DNA of 64,000 nucleotides from an uncultured Acidobacteriota bacterium (GCA_963743045.1 CAVUOF010000002.1:108993-172992); one strand, 5' to 3'. Shown: positions 41,387 to 52,778, numbered from the stretch's first letter. Program-made: numbers and translations. Notes: generated by a model not told the origin, from the sequence alone.

Positions 41387-44073
41387 TCACGCCTTCTCAA
41401 GGCGCACTGCCGTGACTTTGTACTCCGGCGCGCCCGTAAACCGGTCACGATGCGGGCTGGTAACGCGGTTCAGAAACACATCCGCAGTGTGAAAGGTGGC
41501 AAAGAGCTCGCCTGGTTTGATAACGGAACTCAACTTGAGCGGGAGAACCGCTTCACCGTGGCGGCTTCGCACTCGCACTCGCTCACCGTCCTCAAAGCCC
41601 AATGCCGTCGCGTCGCCGCGAGAGATATCCAAACAGTCTTCCGGCCGCAACACCCTGTTCCTCGTGCGCATAGTCATGGTACCGGCATTGAACTGATGCA
41701 GAGTCCTGCCAGTTACGAGCAGGAACGGATAGTTTGCGTTGGTTGTCTCGGGTGTCGGCGCGTACGTCGATGCACCGGAGCGCAGCGCGCTCGCCTGTCG
41801 GGAATCTTTCTGCATGAAGCACCTGAGTCCCGGGATGATCCTCTCCTGGGCAAGGCCATTGCAGGCCGGCCCGTTCAATGCGTGGATAGGTGATACCTCG
41901 GCCTGCTTTCCACACGGCACGCACCTCGTCCCAGATCTCCTCCGGCGTGCGAAAATCAAAGAACTGCTCCTTGCCCATGGCTCGTGCGATGGCACAGATG
42001 ATTTCCCAGTCCGGCTTCGATTCTCCCAGGGGATCGATGACTTTGCGGACACGCTGGATTCGCCGCTCGGCGTTCATGAAGGTTCCGTCCTTCTCGAAGG
42101 ATGAGGCGGCTGGGAGAAAGACGTGGCCGAACTCGCGTGCCGTCTCGTTGAGAAACATGTCCTGGACGATCACCAACTCAAGCGCTCCAAGGGCGCGCCG
42201 CGTGGCATGTGCGTTCGCATTCGTCAAGAACACATCGTATCCAATGGCCCAGAGTCCTTTGAGGCTCCCTTGCTCTGCCGCATCCATCATCTGCATGCAG
42301 ATTGAGACCATTCCCTGCAGGCACGTCTGCGCGCCAGACGCTGGAAATCGAACTCCGGCCGTCAGCAAGAGAAACGGATCCGGTCAGATGCCCTGGATCA
42401 CAGCCCATGTGCGCGGCACCCTGGACGTTGTTCTGACCTCGCAACGGATTGATTCCCGTTCCCGGTTTGCCGACATTGCCAGTGAGCAGCGCAAGGTTGA
42501 CTAAGCACATCACACCTTCCGTGCCTTGCGTGTGTTCAGTCATCCCCAGGCCGTGAACGCTCAAGGCCGGCCTGGCAGTAGCATACATCCGTGCGGCCTG
42601 ACGAATCGCGCTCGGCTCGACTCCGCAGATGCTCGCCGTCTTTTCCGGAGCATATTGACGGACGAACTCGCGAAACTCATCCCAGCCGGCGAGGCGTTCC
42701 TGCACGAATGCGTCGTCCTGGAGGTGCTCCTCCACTATCGTGCAAGCCATTGCATTGAGCAGTGGTACGTTCGTCCCCGGGCGAAGCTGAAGGTGAATAT
42801 CTGCGTAATCGGCGAGCTCGATCCGGCGCGGATCGATGACGATCAGATGAGAGCCTCGCAGGGCTGCCTGTTTGATGCGCGCGCCGACAATCGGATGATT
42901 CTCGGTCGTGTTGGTGCCGCAGACGAGGATCGTCAGAGCACGCTCGATGTCATCGAACGAGTTGGTCGCTGCGCCTGTGCCGAGCATTGACTTCATGGCA
43001 ACAGCGGTCGGGGCATGGCAAACGCGCGCGCAGCAATCAACGTTGTTGGTTGCGAGAACAACGCGTGCGAACTTTTGGGCCAGATAGTTCTCTTCATTCG
43101 TGGCTCGCGCCGAACCGAGCACGCCGATACTGTCAGGCCCATTCCGCTCGACAATAGACCGCATCCGCTCGGCGGTGAAAGAGATCGCTTCTTCCCACGA
43201 GGCGCGGCGCCACTCGCCATCCTCGCGAATCATCGGCGTGGTCACCCGATCATTGGCATAGACGAACTCGAAGCTGTAGCGGCCTTTCACGCAAAGGTGT
43301 CCCTTGCTCACCGGGGCGCCGAGCGAGGGTTTGATCCCGACAATTCGTTGTTCGCGGGTGCCGACCTCCATCTCGCACCCGGTGCCGCAGTAGGCACAGG
43401 TCGTCCTGGTCCATTCCAGAGGTGTCCCGAGCGAAAGCAGGGATTGGTCTTCGAGTGCTCCGGTCGGACAGGTGTCCACGCAGGCGCCACAACTGACACA
43501 GGAACTTTCAAGCAACGTAGTTCTCGAGTCGGGCACGATCATTGTCTCAACGCCACGGTTCAATGTTTCCCACACGAACTGTCCCTGCACCTCACGGCAA
43601 ATCCGCACGCAGCGGTAACAGTAAATACATCGTGACATGTCTACGTGAATGTAAGGATGCGAATCGTCAATGATAGTCGGGTCAGTAGCGCCACGGCAGT
43701 GGTGATCGAGCCCATAGGCGCGCAGGTAGCGGTGAAACGGCTTTTCGGCGAATTGTTGTTGCGGTTCGGCCGGATATCGCTGAGCCAGCATGCTCAGCAA
43801 CCCGCGCCGCTCGTCTTCGAGCTCGGCTGTATGCGTTTCAATCTCCATGCCGTCGGCAAGCGGAGTGGTACAGGCGGTGACCGGACCTGGCCTGCCCGCC
43901 ACCTGCACGAGACACAATCGGCACTGACCGCAAGGCGCGAGACGCTCGTCGTGGCAAAGCGTGGGTACCTCAATCCCAATCGCCTGCAGACCGTCAAGGA
44001 TTGTCATCCCCTCGGTGAACTCATGTTCCTGATGGTTGATTGAGACTCGAAGATATGCCGGTTTTGAGAACAC
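41387..44073 (-). CDS. formate dehydrogenase alpha subunit (2Fe-2S / 4Fe-4S / molybdopterin; cysteine type), frame-broken near 42310 and 41760
   Basis: N-terminal ferredoxin motifs (CGQCRLC, CIYCYRCVRIC, CVSCGACVDTCP, CAYCGTGC), the active-site region CCARVCHAP, and the C-terminal PEYKVTAVRLEKA. The GTG start at 44073 follows a GGAGGG RBS. Confidence 0.88.
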
Positions 44074-44117
44074 GATCCCTCCAGGCAGCTCGAATCTCGA
44101 TGCGTTGCTTGAGAACG

Positions 44118-44597
44118 CTAGGCGCTCGCCGAGAGGGCACAACCATGGTGCTCACAAATGGCTTTGTAAGTATTGACAACATCGGCGTACGAAAGCTCCG
44201 TTTTCCCGCCAGCGGCCTTGCTCTCCCGAGCCTCAATCGTGATGTCATTCATCGAGAGAATGCCCTGCAGTACGCCATCTCGATCGACAACCGGGAGCCG
44301 TCGAACTTTATTCTCTCTCAGGGTGACGAGCGCGGACTCAATGTCATCGTCCAGAGCGCAGGAATAAACCTGCCCCGAAACTACTTCGGCGACACTGATT
44401 TCAGACGGTAACTGATTCCTGGTCGCGGCGGCGATGGCAATATCTCGGTCGGTAATCATGCCAACCACTTTGCCTTCTTTGTCCGTCACCGCGAGTACGC
44501 CACAATCGTTCTCCCACATTAGCCCTCCCGCAACCGCCAGGTTGGTGTCTGGCGAGCAGGACTTGACGCTTCCGGTCATTAAGTCTTGAACTTTCAT
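44118..44597 (-). CDS. CBS-pair domain protein
   Basis: Two CBS motifs in 159 aa, with an AAGGAGG RBS. It lies directly upstream of the formate dehydrogenase gene. Confidence 0.85.
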   Translation of the reverse strand: MKVQDLMTGSVKSCSPDTNLAVAGGLMWENDCGVLAVTDKEGKVVGMITDRDIAIAAATRNQLPSEISVAEVVSGQVYSCALDDDIESALVTLRENKVRRLPVVDRDGVLQGILSMNDITIEARESKAAGGKTELSYADVVNTYKAICEHHGCALSASA

Positions 44598-44646
44598 ATT
44601 TCCTCCTTGGCCCTGGTCTTTTCAGCAGATAGCACTGGTAGTGAAG

Positions 44647-44662
44647 AGCAATGGCCGTGCCG
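44647..44662 (-). promoter_or_regulatory. sigma-54 type promoter (reads CGGCACGGCCATTGCT on the minus strand) upstream of the CBS-formate dehydrogenase operon
   Basis: Near-consensus match, 50 nt upstream of the ATG at 44597. Confidence 0.7.
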
Positions 44663-44815
44663 GAGATACTCCCCTACTTTATAGGCGAACCTCAAGTATA
44701 TTGGGTAAAATTACTGCACTTTGCGGGATAGCACGCAACGACCGAACGCCTCAGCCAGTCGTGTTGTAATAGCCGCGTCCCGCGCGCATAAGCAAGATCG
44801 CCGCTCGGAACGTTC

Positions 44816-44831
44816 CGGCACATGTCTTGCT
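44816..44831 (+). promoter_or_regulatory. sigma-54 type promoter CGGCACATGTCTTGCT upstream of the NDH-2/SQR-like gene
   Basis: Near-consensus match, about 110 nt upstream of the ATG at 44940. A weaker tandem match, TGGTATGTCAGCTGC, lies at 44836..44850. Confidence 0.7.
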
Positions 44832-44939
44832 CCACTGGTATGTCAGCTGCGCCGGGAATAAACTGGACTTCGACGGCATACTGCTTCAGCTGCGAGACGC
44901 ATGCGCGTGCGCGGCGGTGAATAATTAGAGGTAGAAGTA

Positions 44940-46093
44940 ATGGCCAACGTGCTCGTACTTGGGCGGTGGTTTCGGCGGTCTGGTCGCGGCCGAGTCGTTG
45001 GCCAGGAGACTGGGACCCGCCCACCAGGTAATCCTGGTCTCACGCGACTGGGAGTTCATATTCTACCCGGCGCTGGTGCGGGTGGCCTTTGGCCGATGCG
45101 CTCCGGCGGATGTCCTTTACGACCTCCGGCTGGCATTGAGCTCACGCGGCATCGACTTTGTGCAAGCAGAGATCGTCTCTCTCGATCCGGATGCGCATCA
45201 GGTCATCATCGCCGACGGAGCCGGAGAGCGCAGATTGGCCTATGACTACGTCGTTTTCGCATTGGGCCGCCGGCTGGCGATTGACGATGTTCCTGGCTTC
45301 GCGAACGCTCACCATCTCCTGACAGTCGCCGAAGCCTTGAAGTTCGGCAAGGCGATCGAAGGTTTTCGACGGGGGCACGCGGTAATCGGCTATTGTCCGG
45401 AGGCCCGGCTGGCTGTGCCAGTCTATGAAACGGCCTTCGCGTTGGATCGCTTGCTCAGAGACCATGGCGACCGTCAACGAACGGCGATCACAATCATCGC
45501 TCCCGGAGCCATGGGCGAACTGTTGGGAGGCGAGACAGTGACGCCTGGTCTCCGGAGTGCCCTGGAGCAACGCTCGATCGAGTTTGTTTCTGATTTCCGG
45601 GTCAATTCGGTGACTGCCGCAGAAGTTCGACCGGAGACGGGCCAGTGTCTCGGCTACGATCTGCTCATGCTGATTCCACCGTTCAAAGGGCCAGCTTCAA
45701 CAGGTTACGCAGCAATCGCAGACGCAGACGGCTACATCAGGGTGGATGGGCACCTTCGCGCCACCGGCGCTGACCGAATATATGCTGTTGGCGACGCCGT
45801 GAACCTGCCAGGGCCAAAGATGGGTCATATGGCGGTGCTGCAAGGCGAGGTTGCGGCTGCCAATATCGCCTCCGAGGTTGCTGGCGGCAGTCCGGTTGCA
45901 CATTACGATCACGAATTGATGCTCGTCATTGATGAAGGCGAAGCGAGTTCAATCTACCTCTACAAAGAGTTGGGTCAGGAAGGCGACGCTGAGATGCAGC
46001 AGGGCCGATTTTGGACATTGGGCGAAACAAGTGCACCAAAGGTATTGGACGCGGTTACATTCTCTCGGACAGATCGAACCGTTCGACGAGTGA
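44940..46093 (+). CDS. FAD-dependent pyridine nucleotide-disulfide oxidoreductase (NDH-2 / sulfide:quinone oxidoreductase-like), frame-broken near 44965 and 46015
   Basis: Contains MANVLVLG-GGFGGLVAAE (Rossmann GxGxxG) and IYAVGDAV. The C-terminal WAKQVHQRYWTRLHSLGQIEPFDE lies in another frame. Confidence 0.8.
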
Positions 46094-46370
46094 TGGTCGA
46101 CGTGTCCGGCGATTCCACAGGAAATGCCGTTTATCCTGCTGGACGGCTATGAAGAGCACGCGACCGCGCGCTCCCAGTACTGGATTCGGCGTCCTGATTG
46201 GGCCGCCTGCGAAATCGAGCTACTGCACGGCTAGTGGTCGAAACTAGCCCGGTTCTGGTAGCGTACGCGTCCCGCGTGCTACTGCGCGAATCGCTATCTG
46301 GCAGATCAAGTCGCCGCAAACTCCATACGGAGCAGGCTGGGCGACCTGATGGCACAGTACCTCTAAGGTT

Positions 46371-47250
46371 TCAATCTCCATGCTTCCAGGGATCTTTTAT
46401 CTCGAGATGACCGTGGGTCACGCCCGTCACGGGGTTGAACATATGCTGGACCGCCGGCAGCGAGCTGCGCTCGAACTCTCCGACGGTCCCGAAGAACGCG
46501 ATTCTGCCTTTTTCAAGCAGGCAGACATGCACCCCGGCCTGCCAGCCTGACGAACGCACCACACAGGCACTCCCCTGGTCATGACGCGCGCTATGGCCGG
46601 CAAGGTATGGGATTTCGTGCAGCGCTTTGGTCACATAGAGAGAAGAGGTGCGATACAAATCCCGCGCCCGGATAATCAAGTCAAGTACCTGGCGTGCATT
46701 GATCGGATCAAGCCCCGATGTCGGCTCGTCAAAGAGCATGATCGAAGGCCAGCCGATGAGAGCGCGAGCCAATTCGAGCCGTCGCTTCATGCCGCCGGAC
46801 AGTTCTTCGGCTTGCTTGTCCTGTTCGTCCTGCAATCCGACGAAAGTCAGCACTTCGACGACAGCACTCTCGATCTTGTCCTCAGGCCAATCGCGGTCTT
46901 CGAGACGATACGCCGCATTCTCATAAACGGATTTTCCGGTGAAGATCGAATTCTCCTGAAAAACCATGCCCATTGTCTCACGTCTCAACGCAAGCAACTG
47001 GAGATACTCCATCCGCGTGATGTCCTTGCCATTGATCAGAACTTCGCCCTCATCAGGCCGCAACAGCCCGAGAGCAATTCGAAGCAGCACCGATTTCCCG
47101 GAGCACGAGTCTCCGGTGATGCAGATCATTTCGCCGGTATGCAGGACAAAGCTGACCTTCTGCAACGCGCAAATGTCATCAAAGCTGATTGAGACTTCGC
47201 GGAATTCAATGGCCGGGGTGGTGATGATACGGCGTGCGATTCATTATGTC
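46371..47250 (-). CDS. ABC transporter ATP-binding protein (MlaF/Ttg2A-like); no partner permease is in the window and the start is uncertain
   Basis: Atypical Walker A GDSCSGKS, signature LSGGMKRRLELARAL, Walker B MLFDEPTSGLD. Confidence 0.65.
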
Positions 47251-47376
47251 CTCTCACAGTCACGCAACCACTCAGCCGCCGTTTTGCCTGAGGCAGCCAG
47301 CATCGCGCTAGTACAGATGTCTCGTTGGCATCGTAACCAAATGCATTGAATTCACTGCTTATTGCGCCGGCCGCTC

Positions 47377-49910
47377 TCATCGGGCTATTCCGGTGCCGAG
47401 CGCAACCCTTCGACCATCTTCAGCCATTTCGAAATCGTGGCTTTTGCCATAAAGACGCCGTTTGACTACCTCAGCCATAGCGAGATAGAGAATCACCATG
47501 AGCGTAATGATGGCGAGCAGCAGAAGCGGTGGTCTCACAAAACCGAGCACACCCGCCAGAGGCGTGAACGGCAGTATCACCCCAACGGCCACCGCCGCCG
47601 TGGTGCTGATGACGAGGGCTCTGCTCGGCCTGCTTCGCCATGGAATACCGCGGGTGCGGATGATCAGGATGACCAGGGTCTGCGTGGCCAGCGATTCAAT
47701 GAACCAGCCGGTGCGGAACAATTCCGCGCCTGCCTTGAGGCCAAAGATCAGAACGCCGAAGGTAAGGAAATCGAAGATCGAGCTCACGAGCCCCATCCAG
47801 ATCATATAACGGCGGATCACTGCCACGCTCCATTTCTTCGGCTTTTGCAGGTAATCAATATCTACGCGGTCGCCGGGAATGGTCACCTGGGAAGCATCGT
47901 AGAGCAGATTGTTGAGCAGAATCTGCGGTGGCAACATCGGGAGGAACGGGAGAAATAACGAAGCCCCGGCCATGCTGAACATATTGCCGAAGTTTGACGA
48001 TGTACCCATCAGAATATATTTCATTATGTTGGCGAATGTGCGGCGACCTTCAATGATGCCGTCGTGGACCACATGGAGCGATTTCCGCAAAAGAATCAGG
48101 TCGGCTGCCTCACGCGCCACATCGACGGCCGAATCTACTGACAGGCCGACGTCAGCCGTCCTCAGCGCCGGTGCATCATTTATTCCGTCGCCCGAGGTAG
48201 CCCACTGCGTGGCCTGAGGCCTGCAGCGCCTCGATGATCCGGCGTTTCTGGTCGGGAGTAACACGGGCAAAGATGGTGTTCTGCTGAACGACCCGCGGCA
48301 GCGCTTCGTCTAATGTTTTTCCCAGCGTTTCACCGGTAATCACACCGCGCACTTCGAGCCCGACTTCTTCGCAAACCTTTCGCGTGACGATCTCATTGTC
48401 ACCGGTCAAAACCTTGACCTCCACCGCGTCTCGTTTGAGCGCATGCAATGTGGCAGTGGCGGATTTCTTTGGCGGGTCGAGAAAAGCACCGAATCCGAGA
48501 AAGACCAGGTTCCGTTCATCAGCATAGGTTAAAATGATCCTGCTCTTCTTCAGAAACATCCCGATATGCGATTCCGAGCACACGGTAGCCGTCATGACAG
48601 AGCGCACTGAAGGTGGCGTTGTAGCGTTGCCTGGTCAACTCATCCAGAGGCTGCCTGACACCGCCATGCTCCCACTCGTTGCAGACTGTGAGGATTGCTT
48701 CCGGCGCTCCCTTGGAGATCAGCAGGGTACGCCCTTCGCCACGGAGGACAACCGACAACCGCCGGCGCGTGAAGTCGAATGGGATTTCGTCAACCTTGGC
48801 GTAGCAGGGTAATGCTGCGTGCTCGTGCCGCAGAATTGCCTCATCGAGGGGACTACGCAAGCCGGTCTGATGCGTCGCGTTGAGCAGCGCGAAGAAGAGC
48901 ACTCGATCGTCTTCTGCTCCATCCAGATCGACATGCCTATCAAGTGTGACGGCACCTTCGGTCAGCGTCCCGGTCTTGTCGGTACAAATTACGTCTATGC
49001 TGCCGAGGTCTTCAATCGCGCCAAGCCGTTTGACGATGACGTGTTTCTTTACCAGCCGTATCGCACCGTGGGCGAGCGTCACCGAAATAATCATCGGCAG
49101 CATTCCTGGAGTCAGTCCGACCGCCAGCGCAATGGCGAACAGAAACGAATCGAGCGCATTTCGATGAAAGGAGATGTTGACGAGGAAAACGAAGAGGACC
49201 AGGAAAACGACGACCCTGACGACAAACAAGCCAAACCGGCGCATGCCGCGTTCAAATGCAGTTTCAGGAGGAGCCTCGCTTAGCGTTCGAGCCAGCTGCG
49301 CGAATTGCGTAGTCACACCAGTCCGCGTGATCTCGACGAGAGCCTCTCCGCTCGTCACGTTGGTGCCGAGAAAGACGAGTCGGTCGTTTTCATTGAGAGC
49401 CGCCGGCATCTTCTCTACCGGAAACGACTCACCGGTAAATGCCGCCTGGTCCACAAAGAAATCCTTCGCTTCGACGACTTGCCCGTCTGCGGGCACGAGG
49501 TCGCCGACGGTCAGTTGCACGAGGTCTCCGGGAACTACTTCGCGGGCGGGAATCTCCCGAGCCTTCCCGTCGCGAACGACCGTGGCGCGCAACCCGACTG
49601 TCTGGCGCAGCCGCTCTGCAGCCTTTCCCGAACGACGCTCCTGAACGAAATCGAGTGTCACACTCAGCAGAATAATCAGCGTGATAATCGCCGCATTGGT
49701 CGTTTCACCAACGAAGCCCGAAACCGCGCTGGCGGCGAGAAGTATCAGGACAAGCGGATTGAGGAAGTGGGAAAGAAACTGAAGAGTCCCGCTCTTCGCC
49801 TTCCTTGGAGAGAGCTCATTGGCCCCGTGTACCGCCAATCGGCGTGCAGCCTCACTTGACGAGAGGCCGACTTGATGAGCGCCGGGATGTGGACCCGTGA
49901 TAGCCGCCAT
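47377..49910 (-). CDS. mgtA: magnesium-importing P-type ATPase (MgtA-like), frame-broken near 48560 and 48200
   Basis: Contains CTDKTGTLTEG and GDGINDAPALRTADVGLSV, plus the MgtA-type C-terminal PFLPMLPPQILLNNLLYDASQVTIPGDRVD. Three ORF pieces join. Confidence 0.8.
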
Positions 49911-49996
49911 AAGCTTCAGCTTTAACCTTGAGTCTATCCGGTCTATGCTTTGGACTACCATTTGGCAACCTGCGCCGACCAGATGCAATAGCGATC

Positions 49997-52476
49997 ATGA
50001 CACCCCTCCAGGGAACGACAACCGGTCTCACCAGTCAGGAAGCGCTGATTGCGCTGAGAAAGCACGGTCCCAACACTCTCCCGGCCACGCCGCCCACAAC
50101 CATCTGGCAACGATTCCTGCGCCAGTTCAGTAGTCCGCTGATTTATGTGCTGCTTTTCGCCCTCGCAGCAGATGTTGCTATCTGGCTCAGTGAGGGGGCG
50201 CCCGGATTGCCGGTCGACTCGATCGCTATCGCCATGATTCTTGTCCTCAATGCGGGTCTCGGAGTCTATCAGGAGAGCAAGTCGGAAGCGGCACTAGAGA
50301 GACTCAAGGACATGACGCTGCCCCTTGTCTGGGTTATGCGCGATGGGAGGCTTCAGCATCTGCCGGCGGCGGACCTTGTACCGGGCGATGTCGTACGCAT
50401 GGAGGCGGGCGATCGAGTTCCCGCTGACGGCAGGCTGATCGAAGCGGAAGCGGCCATGATCGACGAGTCTGTTGTGAGCGGTGAATCGGTGCCCGTCGAG
50501 AAGGGCGAAGGCGACGAACTCTTCAGCGGCACATTGCTGGTTCGGGGCAGAGTCTATTTTGAGGTCAGTCGCACGGGTGAAGAGAGCACCATGGGAAGGC
50601 TGGCCCTCATGATAGGCAGGCTGGAAGTCGAGCCGACCCCGCTCGAACGGAGGCTCCGGAAATTCGCCGGACAGATAGCCCGCGTCGTCCTTTGCCTGAC
50701 AGTCGTGATCGCCATCGGCGGACTCCTGGTGGAAGGCATTCAGCGCCTCAGCCACATCTTTCTCTTTGCAGTGGCGCTGGCCGTAGCTGCCATACCGGAG
50801 GGATTGCCAGCCGTGCTGACTCTCACACTTTCGCTCGGCCTTGAACGGATGGCGAAGCGTAAAGCAGTCGTTCGGCGCCTCAGTGCCGTAGAGGCTCTTG
50901 GTTCCGTAACCGTGATCGCCACAGACAAGACCGGCACGCTGACTGAAAACAGGATGTTCGTCAAGGATATTGACAGCCCGCACTCGGAGCTGGCTTTGAA
51001 AGCGGCGGTCCTGGCGAACGATGCTGATCGAGCATCCGGCGCCGGCGATCCCCTGGAACTGGCTCTGCTTGATTACGCCGTGAGCCGGGGCATGGCTCCC
51101 GACGGTCTGCTCCGCGAGAATCCGCGCATCAGCAGCCGTCCGTTCACGAGCTCACTGAAGTTCATGCGCGTCACCGTCGAACAGGACGGCTCCCCGGTAA
51201 GCTTCCTGAAGGGTGCGCCCGAAGTGATTCTCGAGAGAAGCCTTCTTTCGACTGAGGAGCGCCGCTTGTGGGATGAGAAGGCCGACAGTTACGCGCGGGA
51301 GGGTTTCCGCGTACTGGCACTCGGGCAATGTAAAGGCGAAGGCGACCACAACGCCCAATTCCTCGGACTGGTGCTGTTGTGGGATCCACCGCGGCCCGGA
51401 GGTACCCGAAGCGGTCAGGCGCGCACAGGAGGCAGGCATTCGCGTATTGATGGTGACCGGTGATCATCCGGCTACAGCACTCGCCGTGGCTCACGAAGTC
51501 GGCATCGTGACCGGTCGTGTCCTGACCGGAAAAGAGATGGAGGCAATGACCTCTGAAGAGTTGCGCGAGGCGATCACGGTGACCAATGTCTATGCGCGAG
51601 CGGCACCCGAACACAAGTTACGCCTGGTTGATGCGCTCAAGCAGAATGGTGAGATCGTAGCCATGACCGGCGACGGAGTAAATGATGCACCCGCACTCAA
51701 GCGTTCCGACGTCGGGGTGGCAATGGGTCAGCGCGGAAGTGAGGTATCGCGCGAGGTCGCTGATCTCGTCTTAATGGACGACAACTTCGCCACCATAGTC
51801 TCGGCAGTCGAGGAAGGGCGTAATATCTACGAGAACATTCAAAAGTTCATCCGCTTCCTCTTTTCGACAAACCTGGCCGAGACGCTGATCGTCGTGGGAG
51901 GCGCCTTCGGAGCCGCAGCTCTCCGGATTACGTGATGAAACCGGTGCGGTCATGCTTCCGTTGACAGCTGTTCAACTGCTCTGGGTCAATCTGATCACGG
52001 ACGGGCCGCCTGCATTGGCGCTGAGCCTGGATCGGGATCCTGGAGTCATGAAGCAAGCGCCTCGCGACCCGAAATCGAGGCTGCTCGATCGAGAATCCCT
52101 GCGCTTCGTGGTGGCTACGGGTTGCATCACGGCGGCAATAGGGGGCGGGCTGCTGGTTGGAATGCCTCGCACGGGATTCACACTCATGCAAACGCGTACG
52201 GCAATCTTTCTTGTGGCAACCATCGCCCAGTTGCTCTATGTCTATCCGGCAAGGCGGAGCCGAACTGCGACTGGGTCTAACGGAGCACTGCATGCGGTTG
52301 TAGTCCTTTGCGTGGTTCTTCAAGTGCTGACAGTGGTGATGCCGAGTCTGCGTAGCCTTCTTGGGCTGGAATCAGTCAATTCGGCGACAGCGTTGATCGT
52401 AGCCGGAGCCATACTACTGAGTTGGGCCGGCGCCGAAGCCTATCGCTTTTTTGCAGACCGGCTTCCCGCGCACTGA
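49997..52476 (+). CDS. cation-transporting P-type ATPase (type IIA / Ca2+-like), frame-broken near 51399 and 51925
   Basis: Contains ATDKTGTLTENRM, MVTGDHPATA, MTGDGVNDAPALKRSDVGVAMG and LLWVNLITDGPPALAL. Confidence 0.85.
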
Positions 52477-52715
52477 AAGTGCGCGCGGATATTAGCCGGT
52501 GGTGAAACCACCGGTACCAGTCAGTCCCATCATCGCGCCCCGAAAGGGCGCCGGCCTGAAATCGAAAACGTATGCAATTTCGTAAGGACTCAATACAATC
52601 AACGAAATGCGTTTCGTGAATCTGTCCAGCGACCCTCCAGGGCGCAGCATCTTCGGTGGACTTTTTATCCGGTGGTTTCACCACCGGCTAATATCCGCGC
52701 GCACTTTCAGTGCGC
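52468..52715. mobile_element. 248-bp MITE-like element with perfect 47-bp terminal inverted repeats
   Basis: The left arm GCGCACTGAAAGTGCGCGCGGATATTAGCCGGTGGTGAAACCACCGG is the exact reverse complement of 52669..52715. No ORF with transposase features is present. Confidence 0.75.
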
Positions 52716-52778
52716 AGGACTAAATGCATGCCACGCGTGACTGACAGGGCCGCTCTGAGAAGATCGGATGACAAGTTA

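Noticed and set aside
41387-44073. Selenocysteine recoding in the formate dehydrogenase, since internal TGA stops split the gene.
   Set aside because: The catalytic position is encoded as Cys (CCARVCHAP). The TGA codons that end the ORF pieces arise after frame changes far from the active site, and a 1-nt repair restores conserved sequence.
49911-49996. An M-box or other Mg2+ riboswitch/leader upstream of the MgtA-like ATPase.
   Set aside because: The whole divergent intergenic region is only ~86 nt and is shared with the second ATPase. That is too short for an M-box, and I saw no conserved helices.
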